Positions 15,924-27,300 of a DNA stretch of 32,000 bases are shown here, piece after piece. The position numbers were made by a program, and so were the translations under genes. The notes under the pieces are model-generated. The model saw nothing but the letters and a program-made list of their open reading frames with translations. It had not been told where the DNA came from and did no database searches. This DNA is from Micromonas sp. (Eukaryota): the NCBI GenBank assembly GCA_000090985.2, contig CP001328.1, positions 306,318 to 338,317 of the forward strand. The letters run 5' to 3'. The stretch's first letter is position 1. Each line of letters starts with the position of its first letter.

Positions 15924-17291
15924 ATGGCGCCGTCGCTCGAGGAGTGGGTCGCCGACCTCGCCTCGGGTCACGATGCGAGACTGACCAAGGCGGCGGTGCG
16001 CCAGTCGGCGCACGGCAAGGGCCTGTTCGCGTCCGAGCCCGTCAAGCGCGGCGACGTCGTCGCTTCGGTGCCGAAGAAGCTGACCCTGTGGGTGCAGGAG
16101 GGCAACGCGCTCGCGCTGCCGGGCGACGGCGCCTGGCCGAGGGTGCGCGCCGGCGCGTCCGCGGCGGCGCCGGACTCGGGGAAAGGGTGGGAGTTCATCC
16201 TCGCGCGCGCGATCGTCGACGCGGTCGCCGGCGACGGCGGCGCCTTCTGGGAGGCGTACGGCGGCATGATGCCCGGCCCGGAGACCCTCGCGCACCCCTT
16301 CCTCCTCTCCGACGCGACGCTGCGCGAGCTCCAGGACGACGACATGGCGCGCAGGGCGAGGGACGAACGCGAGCTCATCAAGGCGTTGATGCCCGATCTC
16401 ACCACCCCGCAACACGCCATGGACGACGACCCGCACGTCACCGTCGGCGCGTGGGCGCTGGCGCTCGTCCGATCGCGAGCCATGCGCGTGGGCGTCGGCG
16501 CGCACGCCGTCGTGCCCTTTCTGGACTGCGCCAACCACGCCTCGGTGCCCTCCGTCGACTACAGGTGCGACTCCGTGGAGACCCCGGCGTCTTCGGGGCT
16601 TCCGCCGCAGGCTTCGGAGGCGATGGCGGACGTCGAGCTCGTCGCGCTGACGGACGCCGACGTCGGCGACGAGCTCCGCCTGGCGTACACAAAGGGCCAA
16701 CTGACGTCGACGGAGCACTTCGAGCAGTACGGCTTCGTGCCAACGGGCGGGTCCCCGGCGGACCGCGTGCGCGGGTTACCGAGGGTTAATAAGGGCAAGC
16801 GCGCGGCGCGGCTGGGACGAGCGCTCAGGCGCGCGATCGGCGCGACGCTTCGAGGGGTGTGGAACGAGGTGGAGGATGCCGAGTCGGCTCGGAGCGGGAG
16901 CGGCGTGGAAGCGTTTGACGCTCGGGCGGTGGTCGTGGCGGCGGGGGCGTCGATCGCCGCGACGCTCGGGGACGGGGACGACGACGCGGGGGGAGGAGGA
17001 CGCGAGGAGGGGGTCCTCGAGGAGGGGGTCCTCGAGGATGCGGCGTCGTCGTCGGAGGATATGACGTCGGAGGAGGAGTCGGCGCACCTGGCGGCGCTGA
17101 GACGCGCGGCGGCGGAGCTCGAGGCTTCGTACGAGACCACGCTGGAGGCGGACGAGGCGGCGTTTGGCGGGGCGACCGAGAGTGGGGACGAGCGGCTCGC
17201 GAACGTGATGCACCTGCGCGTGTGCAGGAAACGTCTGGCGCGCCGCGTGCGCGAGGTGCTCGACGGGATCGAGTTGGAGGAATCTTATTAG
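15924..17291 (+). CDS. SET-domain protein-lysine methyltransferase (Rubisco LSMT / SETD6-like class)
   Basis: The ORF-track start at 15873 is TTG; the first ATG is 15924 (MAPSLEEW). Motifs: GKGLFASEPVKRGDVVASVPKKLTL; VVPFLDCANHAS; DELRLAYTKGQLTSTEHFEQYGFVP. Acidic low-complexity C-terminal half. Confidence 0.8.
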   Translation: MAPSLEEWVADLASGHDARLTKAAVRQSAHGKGLFASEPVKRGDVVASVPKKLTLWVQEGNALALPGDGAWPRVRAGASAAAPDSGKGWEFILARAIVDAVAGDGGAFWEAYGGMMPGPETLAHPFLLSDATLRELQDDDMARRARDERELIKALMPDLTTPQHAMDDDPHVTVGAWALALVRSRAMRVGVGAHAVVPFLDCANHASVPSVDYRCDSVETPASSGLPPQASEAMADVELVALTDADVGDELRLAYTKGQLTSTEHFEQYGFVPTGGSPADRVRGLPRVNKGKRAARLGRALRRAIGATLRGVWNEVEDAESARSGSGVEAFDARAVVVAAGASIAATLGDGDDDAGGGGREEGVLEEGVLEDAASSSEDMTSEEESAHLAALRRAAAELEASYETTLEADEAAFGGATESGDERLANVMHLRVCRKRLARRVREVLDGIELEESY

Positions 17292-17310
17292 GGCGGGGGG
17301 TTTCGGGTTT

Positions 17311-17374
17311 GCGGACCACCGGGACGCGGACCACCGGGACGCGGGCTCGGTTTTTAGGTCTACGTTTTAGGTCT
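17311..17374. repeat. Two short direct duplications in the 122-bp convergent spacer: GCGGACCACCGGGAC x2.3 (17311-17344) and TTTTAGGTCT x2 (17352-17361, 17365-17374)
   Basis: Read directly from the sequence between the SET stop (17291) and the PRP17 stop (17414). Confidence 0.85.
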
Positions 17375-17413
17375 GACATAAACACGTCTTTCATGAGGTC
17401 GTCGTCGTCGTCG

Positions 17414-19436
17414 TCAGTCCCAGTACTTGATCGTGCCGTCCCACGAGCACGTCGCGACTTTCGACGTCTCCAGAGGGTGCCACTCGCACCCGATCGTCAC
17501 CTTGTCGTGCGCCTTGAGCGTCTTGAATATGCGCCGCGACTTCCAGTCCCAGAATATGCACTTGCCGTCGGCGTCGCCGCTCATCAGGAATCGCCCGTCG
17601 GGGGAGAAGTTGGGCTGACACGCGTATCCGCCGTTGGCGTGCCCCACGAACCGCTTCTTCGTGTTGAGCCTGAACCGGTCCTTGGCGGAGTATATCATGA
17701 TCTGGTTGTCCAAACTCTGGCACGCGAGCCACTGCTGATTCGGCGACAGCGTCACCGCCGGCATCGAGTGCATGGACGGGTCCGCGATGTACTTCATGAC
17801 GACCGGTATGCCAAACTCCCAAACCCGCATGGACTTGTCGTCGGACGTGGTGACGAACCTTCGGCCCTCGTCCACGAACGTCACGGTGTTCACCGCGCCC
17901 AGGTGCTGATCGTACTCCTGGACCACGTCGCCGGTGTTCATGTCGTACTGGACAATCTTCTTGTCGCTCTGCGCCGCCATGAGGATGTTCTGCTTCTCCG
18001 GGTGAAGCACCGCCGCGTACGCCATCTTACCCGAGGTGAACGTCGAGATGACCTTGCCCGTCTCGGTGTCCCACAGCTTAATCTTCTTATCGTGCGAGGA
18101 CGAGACGAAACGAGCGCCGTCGCTCGTAAAGTTGATGTCCTTGACCGCCTTGTCGTGGCCGAGGTAGGTGCGCATGCACTTGCCGGTGTTGTGCACGTCC
18201 CAGATCTTGATCTTCGAGTCCATACCGGCCGAGAGGATGAGGTGCCCGTGCCTCGGGAAGAACCGAATCGCCTGCACGCCCTTGGTGTGCCCGCTCCACG
18301 TGTGGATCAGACGCTTGGGCGCGTAGCAGTGGTCGTTCTCCTTCTTCCTGTCCTTCGGCGGCGCCAGCCAGCTCTCCCCGGCGTAGTTCCGCTCCTCCTT
18401 GCCGTGGAAGAACGACTTCTCACCCGCGGGACCCGCCCCGCCGCCGCCGCCGCCGCCGCCCACGCCCGCGCCGTCCTCGTCCTCGCCGCCGCCCGCGCCC
18501 CCCTCCTCGTCCTTGAGCCGTCCCTTGCGCCGCAGATTCGCCTCCCGCCGCGCCGCGTGCCAAAGAACGTACTCCTTCGCCTCCTCGGTGAGCTCGTCCA
18601 CCGTCAGCGGCTTCGTCGCGTCCCTCGCGGGCGCCCACGCGCTGCGGTCCCTCGCGAGCGCCGCGACGCCCGGTCCGCCCCCGGCGCCCGGGTCCGCGGC
18701 GACCGCCGCGGCGAGCACCTCGTCTCGAACCTTACGCCGCTTCGCCGCCGTCGACGTGAACACCGTCTCGCCCGCGTGCGCCGCGATGGCTGCGGCGTCG
18801 CCCACGTACGCGCTCCCGTCGGGCGCCACCGCGTACCCCAGCGCGTTGAACGTCTGGAACTGCTCGTCGAACGCGTGCTTGTTGACGTGCGCCCACTCGA
18901 CGTGGCCGGTGGCGTGGTTTCGCATCTGTCGCGACGCCCCCGCGGGATTGAACGGGTGCGCTGGGCCCGCGATTGGCTCGTGCAGGTCGTCGTACTTGAC
19001 GTTATAGTAGATCTTCTTCCTCGCCGGGTCTGTTGCGCGTGTGTGGGGTGGGGTGGGGACGCGTGAGCGAGGGGACGCGTGAGCGAGAGGTGGCGGGGTG
19101 GAATGGGAGGTTCGGATCGATCGAATCTCGGTTTGGGGCGTAGGGTTACGCGCGCGCGGGATCCGTGGCGTGCCGGTCGGGGGCGCGGGGGTGGGTCGGG
19201 GCGGTGCGGGGCGCGCGCGTACCGTGCATATCGCGCGTGGACGCGAGGCTGACCAGCCGCGCGTCCCCCCCCTCGCCCGCGACCGCGAGGCCCGCGTCAT
19301 TGACGCGCGGCGCCAGGTCCGGCACCGCGTGCTTGGCTCGTAGCATCGCGGCGGTGGTGGCGACGTCGTCGTCGGTGTCGCCGTCGCCGGCGCCGCCCTC
19401 GCCGCTGGCGTCCGAGTACTGCGCCAAGAGGTCCAT
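17414..19436 (-). CDS. PRP17: Pre-mRNA splicing factor PRP17/CDC40 (WD40), 2 exons: complement(join(17414..19029,19223..19436))
   Basis: Exon 2 carries the PRP17 N-terminal conserved block (KKIYYNVKYDDLHEPIAGPAHPFN) and seven WD40 repeats (GHTKGVQAIRFFPRHGHLILSAGMDSKIKIWDV etc.). Exon 1 begins MDLLAQYSD, a start that as I recall resembles plant PRP17 (from memory, not aligned). Donor CACG|GTACGC (GT at 19222-19221). Acceptor AACAG| (AG at 19031-19030). The phase-1 junction gives ...TRDMH-D-PARKKIYY in frame. Total 609 aa. Confidence 0.88.
19030..19222 (-). other. PRP17 intron (193 nt)
   Basis: GTACGC...CAG. Joins the two minus-strand ORFs (19146..19598 and 17414..19300) in frame. Contains a tandem 16-mer duplication (19055-19086) carrying CTCAC branch-like sites. 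Confidence 0.8.
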
Positions 19437-19866
19437 CGTCGTCGTGTGCCTCCGCGCTCCTCGCTCTACCTCTCGACCCGCGGGGCGCCAGGGACCTTCG
19501 GCGGTCTGGTGGTGCCTCTCGCGTGAGTGATCGTCAATCGTCCGGCCGGCGCGGGCGCGATTGAGGCGGGAGAGCACCTGGGAAGCTGCTGGGCTCATAA
19601 AAAATATTCTAATGAGTGCTGTGCCGGGATCGCCGTAGATTTAAACCGCCGAATAGACCTTCGAAACTCTCACGACTATTTGCCCGTACACGTCACGTGC
19701 ACGTCTGAAATCGCGCATTCCCGGGTGCTATCCAAAGGCGGCTAAAACCCTCAAGATTCTAGGTCAGCTCCCACAGCAACCGCGCGACTCGGCTCGGAGC
19801 GCCGCGCGGATACGAGGCAGACGTGGACGGATCGCGCATCGGGGAAGGCTCGACGCGAACTGAACC

Positions 19867-22800
19867 ATGAGCGCGACGCGTGCGATGCTCGCGGCCGGCG
19901 CGGCGACGGGCGCGGGAGCGCGCCAGGCTTCGATCGCCCACCGCCCGGCGAACGGTACCGCCCGGGGCCCGGTGGCTCCCGCGGCGGTTCCGCTGCGCCG
20001 CGGTGCGCGCGCCTGGGGCGCCAGACCCCGCGCGCGGAGGTCCCGCGCGTTCATCGCCGCCGCCACCGACGGATCCGACGACGGATCCGACGACGCCGCG
20101 CGCGTGGATCCCGCCAGCTTCGGCAGGACCGCGCGCCGGATGACAATCGTCGAGCGGGGCGTCGACTCGGGATCCTCCATCCGCAGGACCGCGCAGGCGG
20201 CGGTCGTCGCCGCCGCCGCCATGTTCGGCGGCGTCGGCGTCGCGCACGCGGCGGCATCCTCCTCCGCGGCCGACGCCTCGCGAGGAGGAGCGACGTCGTC
20301 CGTCGTCGGGCCGTCCCATCATCGCGGCGCGGCTGATCGCGACGCCGAGCTCTTCCAGATCGCAGACGCCGACGACGACAAGGAAGCGGCGGCGCGCGCG
20401 AAGAAGCTCGCCGAGGTGCGCCGCATCAAGCAGGCTCGCAAGGAGAAGATGGAGGCGGCCAAGAAGAAGAACAAGGGCGAGGACGACGACAAGGGCGGTA
20501 AAAAGGGCGGAAAGGGGGGGAAGGCGACGGCGGAGGACAAGGAGCTCGCCAAGGAGCTGGCAGAGAGGAAGCGGCAGTATCGCATCGAGGCTGCCAAGAA
20601 GAAGGCTTTCGCGGCTGCCCTCGAGCGCGAGCGCGCGGCGGTCGCGGATGAGCTGGATTCCGAACTCCCAATCGACGAGTCGGCGTACGCTTCCGAGGAG
20701 ACGTACGAGGAGGACGTCGTCGAGGAGGGGAAGGGTAAGGAGGGTATGTTCAAAAAATCCAAAAAGGATGAGGACGCTTCGGGCGAGGAACGTCGCGGCC
20801 TGTCCGTCGGGGGCATATCCCTGCCCACCTTCGGGCTCTCCGCCGAAGAGCGGGCGGAGCGGGCACATGAGAGGGCGTATAGGGAGGCGTTGAAGCTGGA
20901 CAACGTCGATCGCGTCATGTTGGGCGACGAGCCCGAGCTGACGGTGAAGCAGAAAATAACCAAGTTCCTGGACGAGAACATCCCGGTGGGGCGGTTCACG
21001 CGCAACGTCAACCTCACCTATCTCCGCGACCCGTTCGCGGTGAAGGGCACGAAGTGGGCGCCGTGTGAGATGTCGTACACGGGATTTTACGACCTCTGCG
21101 AGGTTGGCCGTGTCAAGAGGGTCGAGTACATGCCCAACATGAACACGGTCAAGTTCTTCCTGTACGACACCGACGAGGTGTTCTACGCCAACCTCCCTTA
21201 CGACCCGACGCTGTACAAGCTGCTGATCGAGAAGAAGATCGACGTCATCAGCAAGCAGCACTCGCCGTTAGAGCTGTTCTTCCGGGGCCTGGCCCACGCG
21301 GGAGCGCCGATGATATTGCTGTGGTTCATCTTTGTAATCTGGCAAGATATGAAGGAGGACACCACGGAGGGTACCACGCTGATGAACACTGGCACGGCGA
21401 AGACGTACAGCTCCACCCCGGAGTTCGGAATGAACATGGACGACATCGCGGGCATCGACGTGATCCGCCAGGAGATGGACGAGCTCATCTCCTACCTCCG
21501 CGATTACCAGAGGTACGTGAGGGCGGGCGCGTCCATCCCCATGGGCGTCCTCCTGTGCGGACCCCCGGGAACGGGCAAGACTTTGCTCGCCAGGTGCTTG
21601 GCGGGCGAGGCCGGGGTGCCCTTCTTCGCGTGCGCGGGCACCGAGTTCATGGAGATGTTCGTGGGCGTGGGCGCGGCGCGCATTCGCAACCTGTTCAACC
21701 AGGCGCGCAAGTGCCGCCCGTGCATCATCTTCATCGACGAGTTTGACTCGGTCGCCGTGCGCAGAAAAGACGCGGCGGCGATGGAGGGCAACGACGAGCA
21801 GGTGGCCACCATCAACCAGCTCCTTACCGAGATGGACGGCTTCGGCGGCAACAGCGGCGTGATGGTGTTCGCCGCGACGAACAGGCCGCACGTCATCGAC
21901 CCGGCGCTGATCCGACCCGGCCGCTTTGACCGCGTGATCGAGATGCCCCTCCCCAACCGAGAGGCCCGCATGGACATCATCGACCTTCACTGCTCGTATC
22001 AGGTCTTCGAGGGCATGATCGACCCCGACCTCGACGTCGCGCTGATCGCGAGGCAGTGCGCGGGATTCACCGGCGCGGACCTCGAGAACCTCGTCCGCAC
22101 CGCCGCCCAGCGCAACTCCGCGACGCTCAAGAGGGATAGAAAGCCCGCGGGTGACCGGGTCTTCCTCGACGTCATCGACGAGATTCGCCGCTCCAACGTG
22201 TTCAAGGCCACCGGCCAGGGCACCGTGGGGGAGACGGACGACACGACGGAGAATGCGCTCATCCAGCAGATGAACCCCTACATCCGCGACGTCATCTGCA
22301 CCTACTACGCGGCTCAGACGCTGGTCTCGATGATGGTTCCCGGTTTCGACGAGGTGGCCAAGGTGAGGGTGTTCGCCGCGGGCGAGGAGTCTGGCCAGGT
22401 GGTGTACGTCCCCGACGAGGTTGGCTCGTCCGGCGCGTCGAACGTGAAGCGCAAGGCTTGGTACGAGGCCAAGATCGCCGTCCTCGTCGCCGGCCAGATG
22501 GCGGAGAGGTACCTCTACGGACCCGACAAGGTTTCGCAATTCGGCAACCTCGACATGCGAGAGGCCACCGCGCTGGCGTGCGAGATGGTCATGATGCACG
22601 GGTGGTCGGACATCGGCCCGATTTGCGTTCTTCGCGCGGACTCCACCGAGGAGAAGTACCTCAAGGGCGGGGTGAACAAGGGGAGCCAGACCGGGGGCAT
22701 GGACTCTGGGCGAACCCGCGGTAAGCTCTGGGGCATCCCCCCCGGAAAGGACGGCACGCTCGCCGAGGGCCGCAAGGCCAAGTACAAGGAGGAACCCGGA

Positions 22801-23421
22801 TTGGAGCTCCAGATGGAGCTCAGCGACGAGCTCGACATGCTCATCGCCAACGAGGTTCGTAAGATATTCATCAAGGCGTGCCAGCGAGCGGTGATGATCA
22901 TGCACGATCCCAAGGGCACCGAGATGCTCTTCACGCTCCGCGAGGCTCTCGGCACGGCCAAGGAGGTCAACGGCCCGAACCTTCGCGCGGTGTTCAAGAA
23001 GTTTGGCCTCCACAAGCCCCCGAACTTCGACCTGTGGGACATCAACTGGGGTAAAAACGACGAGCTGTACTGGGACGAGTTCACCGAGTACATCTGGGCG
23101 GACGACGCGTCGAGCACCACGTTCTGGAAGCTCGTGTCCGACCAATGGCGTCGCACGGTGGCGGACCCCACGGCGTCCGTCGTCGCCGGAGACGGTTCCA
23201 ACTCCGTTCCGCCGGACGTCCCGGAGTGGGCCAAGGAGTTCGTCAGGTCCTTACCCGTCGGGGGGCAGGAGGAGATGCTGATGTACGCGCCCAAGGAGGT
23301 TCAGGACAGGGTACGGGACGGCAAGCCGGCTGTGTACACCGGACCGGGGTTCGGCACGAGGGACGCTCGAGTCCTTCGAGGCGAACTAGACGACACCATC
23401 CCGGCGAAACCGACGGAGTGA
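19867..23421 (+). CDS. FtsH-like AAA+ protein with degenerate protease site (FtsHi-type, presumably plastid envelope/thylakoid)
   Basis: 1184-aa ORF, ATG 19867. Presequence-like N-terminus, then a Lys/Glu-rich segment and a TM (GAPMILLWFIFVIW). AAA module is intact: GPPGTGKT (Walker A), IIFIDEFD (Walker B), ATNRPHVIDPALIRPGRFDR (SRH). In the M41-like domain the HEAGH position reads YAAQT (22306-22320, context CTYYAAQTLVSMMVPGFDEVAKVRVFAAG versus the FtsH context as I recall it (from memory, not aligned), AYHEAGHA...VHKVTIIPRG). Confidence 0.88.
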   Translation: MSATRAMLAAGAATGAGARQASIAHRPANGTARGPVAPAAVPLRRGARAWGARPRARRSRAFIAAATDGSDDGSDDAARVDPASFGRTARRMTIVERGVDSGSSIRRTAQAAVVAAAAMFGGVGVAHAAASSSAADASRGGATSSVVGPSHHRGAADRDAELFQIADADDDKEAAARAKKLAEVRRIKQARKEKMEAAKKKNKGEDDDKGGKKGGKGGKATAEDKELAKELAERKRQYRIEAAKKKAFAAALERERAAVADELDSELPIDESAYASEETYEEDVVEEGKGKEGMFKKSKKDEDASGEERRGLSVGGISLPTFGLSAEERAERAHERAYREALKLDNVDRVMLGDEPELTVKQKITKFLDENIPVGRFTRNVNLTYLRDPFAVKGTKWAPCEMSYTGFYDLCEVGRVKRVEYMPNMNTVKFFLYDTDEVFYANLPYDPTLYKLLIEKKIDVISKQHSPLELFFRGLAHAGAPMILLWFIFVIWQDMKEDTTEGTTLMNTGTAKTYSSTPEFGMNMDDIAGIDVIRQEMDELISYLRDYQRYVRAGASIPMGVLLCGPPGTGKTLLARCLAGEAGVPFFACAGTEFMEMFVGVGAARIRNLFNQARKCRPCIIFIDEFDSVAVRRKDAAAMEGNDEQVATINQLLTEMDGFGGNSGVMVFAATNRPHVIDPALIRPGRFDRVIEMPLPNREARMDIIDLHCSYQVFEGMIDPDLDVALIARQCAGFTGADLENLVRTAAQRNSATLKRDRKPAGDRVFLDVIDEIRRSNVFKATGQGTVGETDDTTENALIQQMNPYIRDVICTYYAAQTLVSMMVPGFDEVAKVRVFAAGEESGQVVYVPDEVGSSGASNVKRKAWYEAKIAVLVAGQMAERYLYGPDKVSQFGNLDMREATALACEMVMMHGWSDIGPICVLRADSTEEKYLKGGVNKGSQTGGMDSGRTRGKLWGIPPGKDGTLAEGRKAKYKEEPGLELQMELSDELDMLIANEVRKIFIKACQRAVMIMHDPKGTEMLFTLREALGTAKEVNGPNLRAVFKKFGLHKPPNFDLWDINWGKNDELYWDEFTEYIWADDASSTTFWKLVSDQWRRTVADPTASVVAGDGSNSVPPDVPEWAKEFVRSLPVGGQEEMLMYAPKEVQDRVRDGKPAVYTGPGFGTRDARVLRGELDDTIPAKPTE

Positions 23422-23557
23422 GTGGCGGATCTCGAGTAGGATCTATGCAGGCGCACGCGGCTGTTAGCGCTAATCTTACTTATGATCGCAACGACGAAAC
23501 GTCGGAAACTCGCTGCTCGCTCGAGTGTCGCCCAATCTATCGGATACACCACTCATC

Positions 23558-24220
23558 TCATCTCCAGGTGCAGTGCGACCCGAGCGCGCCTTCGCTGCCG
23601 ACGAGCCCGCCGTTGTCCCAACCCGCTCCGCTGTGCCTCCAGTCGAACTCCGGCTTGATCCGCGGCCCCTTTCTCTTCCCGTTCGCGTCGTGACCGTCGC
23701 TTCCCGCGCGCGCCTTCCTCTTGTCGAACACGTACGCTCTCTCGCCGTCTTCTCCCACCACGCGCTCGAGGTTCGCGGCGTTGGCGTCGAGCCTCGCCTG
23801 CGTCTCGCGCCTCGCGGCGGCCACCTGCGCGTCCGTGCCCCGGATGACGAGCCTCGCGACGATGCCGCGGACCCTGGCCATGGCGTCGAACTTGCCCGCG
23901 ATGTACTCCAGCTCGGCTCCCGTCTCGCGCGCGATGTCGGCCGCGCTCGCGGTCACGATGGAGGACTTGTGCTGCGGGAACTCCACCGTCTCCTCGATCT
24001 CATCCTCGCCGGTGGCGCGGCCCCTCTTGGTACCGCGCTCCTCACCGGCATCGTCGACGTCGGCGAGGAGCACCACCTTACCACCCGCGTCCGGATACTC
24101 CTCGTCCTCGTCGTCGGAGGAATCGCTCTCGTAATCCGCGACGAGGCCCATGCCGCTCGTCGCGGAGTGACGGCACGTCGTGCCCCGCGGGGGGCTGCTC
24201 CGTGGCGATTGATCGAGCAT
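23558..24220 (-). CDS. Hypothetical acidic protein
   Basis: 220-aa ORF with GC3-rich codons. The overlapping plus-strand ORF 23525..24403 has antisense-type R/L/V-rich composition. Candidate starts are ATG 24220 or ATG 24151 (MGLVADYESDSSDDEDEE). No family recognised. Confidence 0.55.
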   Translation of the reverse strand: MLDQSPRSSPPRGTTCRHSATSGMGLVADYESDSSDDEDEEYPDAGGKVVLLADVDDAGEERGTKRGRATGEDEIEETVEFPQHKSSIVTASAADIARETGAELEYIAGKFDAMARVRGIVARLVIRGTDAQVAAARRETQARLDANAANLERVVGEDGERAYVFDKRKARAGSDGHDANGKRKGPRIKPEFDWRHSGAGWDNGGLVGSEGALGSHCTWR

Positions 24221-24335
24221 CGAGGGCCGCGTCTAACTTTTATGACTATCTCGAGCCTTCGCTTCAAACGTCGCCAGACCAAGCGGCGCGGCCGGGAGGA
24301 GTCACAAGCGCGTTCGGGCGCCTCGCTCACTCACG

Positions 24336-27300
24336 ATGACGGCGGAGACCACGGAGACCGCGATGCTCAAGGCCAGGCGGTTCGCGGGCATCCTCAGCTC
24401 TGAGTCCTCGGGCGTCATGGCGACGATGCGGCAAAACTCGCGATGGGCGCTCTCGGGCATGGCCAGCTACGGCTACGGCGAGCCGGAGGAGCCCGCGGAC
24501 GACCCGATGCTGGAGGAGTTCAAGGCCATGCGCCGGCGCCTGTTCACGTGGAGGAACTGGGACGAGGTGTCGCCCATCGCGTACCTCGCGCCCTTCCTTC
24601 AGGTGGTGCGCAGCGTCGAGACCAGCGGGCCAATCACGGGGTGAGCACCGCGGCCCCACGATCTAGCGTTTTCCCGGCGGGCCGCGTCGCCCGGATCTGA
24701 AGCCGAGCGATCGAGACCCGGGGCGGTTCCCATCCCCGCGGGACGACGTCCCAGGGCGGGATCTCGCCCCCGCGAGTCCCGCCCAAGCGCCGCCGCCGCG
24801 CATCACCCGCGCCGCCGCTCCCCCCCGCGCCCGCCTCCGCCGCCCCGCGCGCCACCCGCCACCCACCTTCAAAATATTTCCCTCCGCGCCAACTCACCCA
24901 GCTCCCGCCCCTTTCCCCCACCCGTCCCCACCTCTCAGGATGGCGCTGTCCGCCGTGCACAAGGTTCTGAAGCACGGGCTCATCAGCGAGCACAACCCCG
25001 ACGCCGCGGAGGCCATGCACTGCATCGCCGACGCCGTCACGCTGTGCCGGTTCGAGGCGACCGATCCCGACCACGACGACGTGGTCCTGTCCAAGATCCT
25101 GCACGTGCTGCTCGAGTCCGTGCGGTGCCCGACGGGCGCGCTGCTGTCCGACGACGACGTGTGTAACATCGTTCAGGCGTGCTACAGGATCGGGCACCAG
25201 AGCGGCAAGGAATCGGCGCTCCTCCGCAACCTCTCCAGGCACACGCTCCGCGAGATCGTGCAGAGCGTGTTCAGGCGGCTGCCGCGGCTGAGCGACGCCG
25301 TGGAGCACCGAGGGCACCACATCGACGCCCCCGCGCCCCCGAGGGTTTCGACCGAGGGTGCCGAGGGTGCCGTCGACGGCAACGCGCAGGGTGCCGAGGG
25401 TGCCGTCGACGGCAACGCGGAGGAGGCGGAGTCGACGAATGAGCCGGAGGTGATCAGCCCGAGGGCAGTCGCCGAGGACGCTACGGAGCTCACGCCGCAC
25501 GGCGAGCCCTTCGGCCTGGCGTGCGTCCTCGAGATCTTTCGGTTCGCGTGCTCGTTCATCTCCCTCGACGACCCGGCGGACGAGAACGCGGAGACGATGT
25601 GCGCCTTTGGGCTGCAGCTGGTGCTCTCCTCGCTGGAAACCGCGGGGGACGATTTCGCGAGACACCCCGCGCTGCTGACGCTGGTGCAGGACGACCTGTC
25701 CCGCGCGGTGCTCGCGGTGGCGCCCGCGGGTAACCCGCCGGTGCTCGCCGCGACCGCCGCGACGGTGCTGCAGATGTACATGGTGATGCACCACGACCTC
25801 AAGCTCCAGCTCGAGGCGTTTTTGAGGGTGGTGCTGCTGCCGCTGGCGGAGGGGCCGGGGCTCTCGAGGGCGCCCGGGGCCAAGGCGGACGCGAGCGACA
25901 CCTCGGCGGAGTCGCAGAGGATCGCGCTGGAGTGCATAGTCGACCTGTGCCGCCAACCCGAGTTTGTCCCGGATCTGTACGTCAATTACGACTGCGATCT
26001 CGAGAGGCCGAACCTCTTTGAGGAGGTTTGCGCGCTCCTGTCGAGGAGCGCGTTTCCCGGGGAGGGCCGGGCGCTGGGCCAGACCAACCTGCTGTGCCTC
26101 GAGGGCCTGCTCGCGATCGTCGCCGGGATCGCGGATAGAAGCGCGGACGCCCCGCCCGTCGACGGCTTCCTCGTCGACGGCGAGGTGGACTTCACCGCGC
26201 CGTCTTCCGGGGGCGTGTCCGACGAGTCCGACCCGAGGGAGGTGTGGGCGGCGATTGACGGAGGGTCGAGCGCGGCGTCGATGCCCGGCGGCGTGCAGCG
26301 CGCGCACAGGCTCAGGCGCAACCGCGACGTCAAACGGCGGCTGATCTCCTGCGCGGAGCACTTCAACAAATCCCCGAAGAAGGGATTGGCGTACATGCAG
26401 GAGATTGGGTTGCTCCCGGAGCCGCTCGAGGCTAACGCCGTGGCTAGGTTTTTTAAGCACGCGCCGGGCTTGGACAAGGAGACCCTCGGCGAGTACCTCG
26501 GAGATCCGAAGGATTTCATGGTGGAGGTGCTCAAGGAGTACTGCGCCACCTTCGACTTCCACGGCGTGACGCTCGATAAGGCGCTTCGAAGCTTCCTCGA
26601 CGGCTTCAAGCTCCCCGGCGAGGCGCAGAAGATTTCCAGAATTTTGGAAGTTTTCGCCGCGAGGTATCACGAGGCCAACCCCGGCGCGGTGGCCGACGCC
26701 GACAGCGCGTACGTGCTCTCCTACTCCATCATCATGCTCAACACCGACCAGCACAACCCGCAAGTCAAGCGCAAGATGACTCTGGAGCAGTTCATCCGCA
26801 ACAACCGCGGGACAAACGGCGGCGAGGATTGGCCCAGGGAGACGCTCGAGTACATCTTCGAAGCCATCGCCACGGATGAGATCAAGCTCGAATCCACCGA
26901 CACGTCCCCGGCGCTGTCGCAGTCCAGGTGGAACGACATCGTGCGGGGGTGCGCCACGGGCAAGGGGCGCATGATGACGGCGGTGGCCACCGACGAGGCT
27001 TGCATGTACGACGGCGAACTCTTTGGCATCGTGTGGAGCCCCACCGTCTCCGCCATCGCCGTCGTGTTCGACCACCCGGTGGATGACAGCGTGCTCAAGG
27101 AGGCGCTCGACGGGTTCCTCGGCGTGGCGCGCGTCGCGGGGCACCACAGGCTCACCGACGTCATGGACTCGCTCGTCGGAACCCTCTGCAAGTTCGCCTC
27201 GCCGTCCTACGCGAGCTCGGGCGGCGCGCAGGGCGGCGGGGAGAAGATCAAGCCGTCGGTGCTCTTCGGCAACGACGATCGCGCCAGAACCGCCGCCGTC

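Noticed and set aside
17352-17374. TTTTAGG-containing duplication resembling green-algal or plant telomere repeats (TTTTAGGG / TTTAGGG).
   Set aside because: There are only two copies, with a 13-bp period. The motif is TTTTAGGTCT rather than TTTTAGGG, and it is internal to a convergent spacer. It is not an interstitial telomeric array.
6108-24938. Possibility that the introns belong to a repetitive introner-element family, as reported for some Micromonas genomes.
   Set aside because: I compared the seven introns by eye (6108-6301, 9415-9720, 9814-9948, 10009-10180, 19030-19222, 24641-24938 and the candidate 30336-30674). They share only splice and branch signals and general GC-richness, with no common core sequence. 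A genome-wide BLASTN of each intron would be the proper test.
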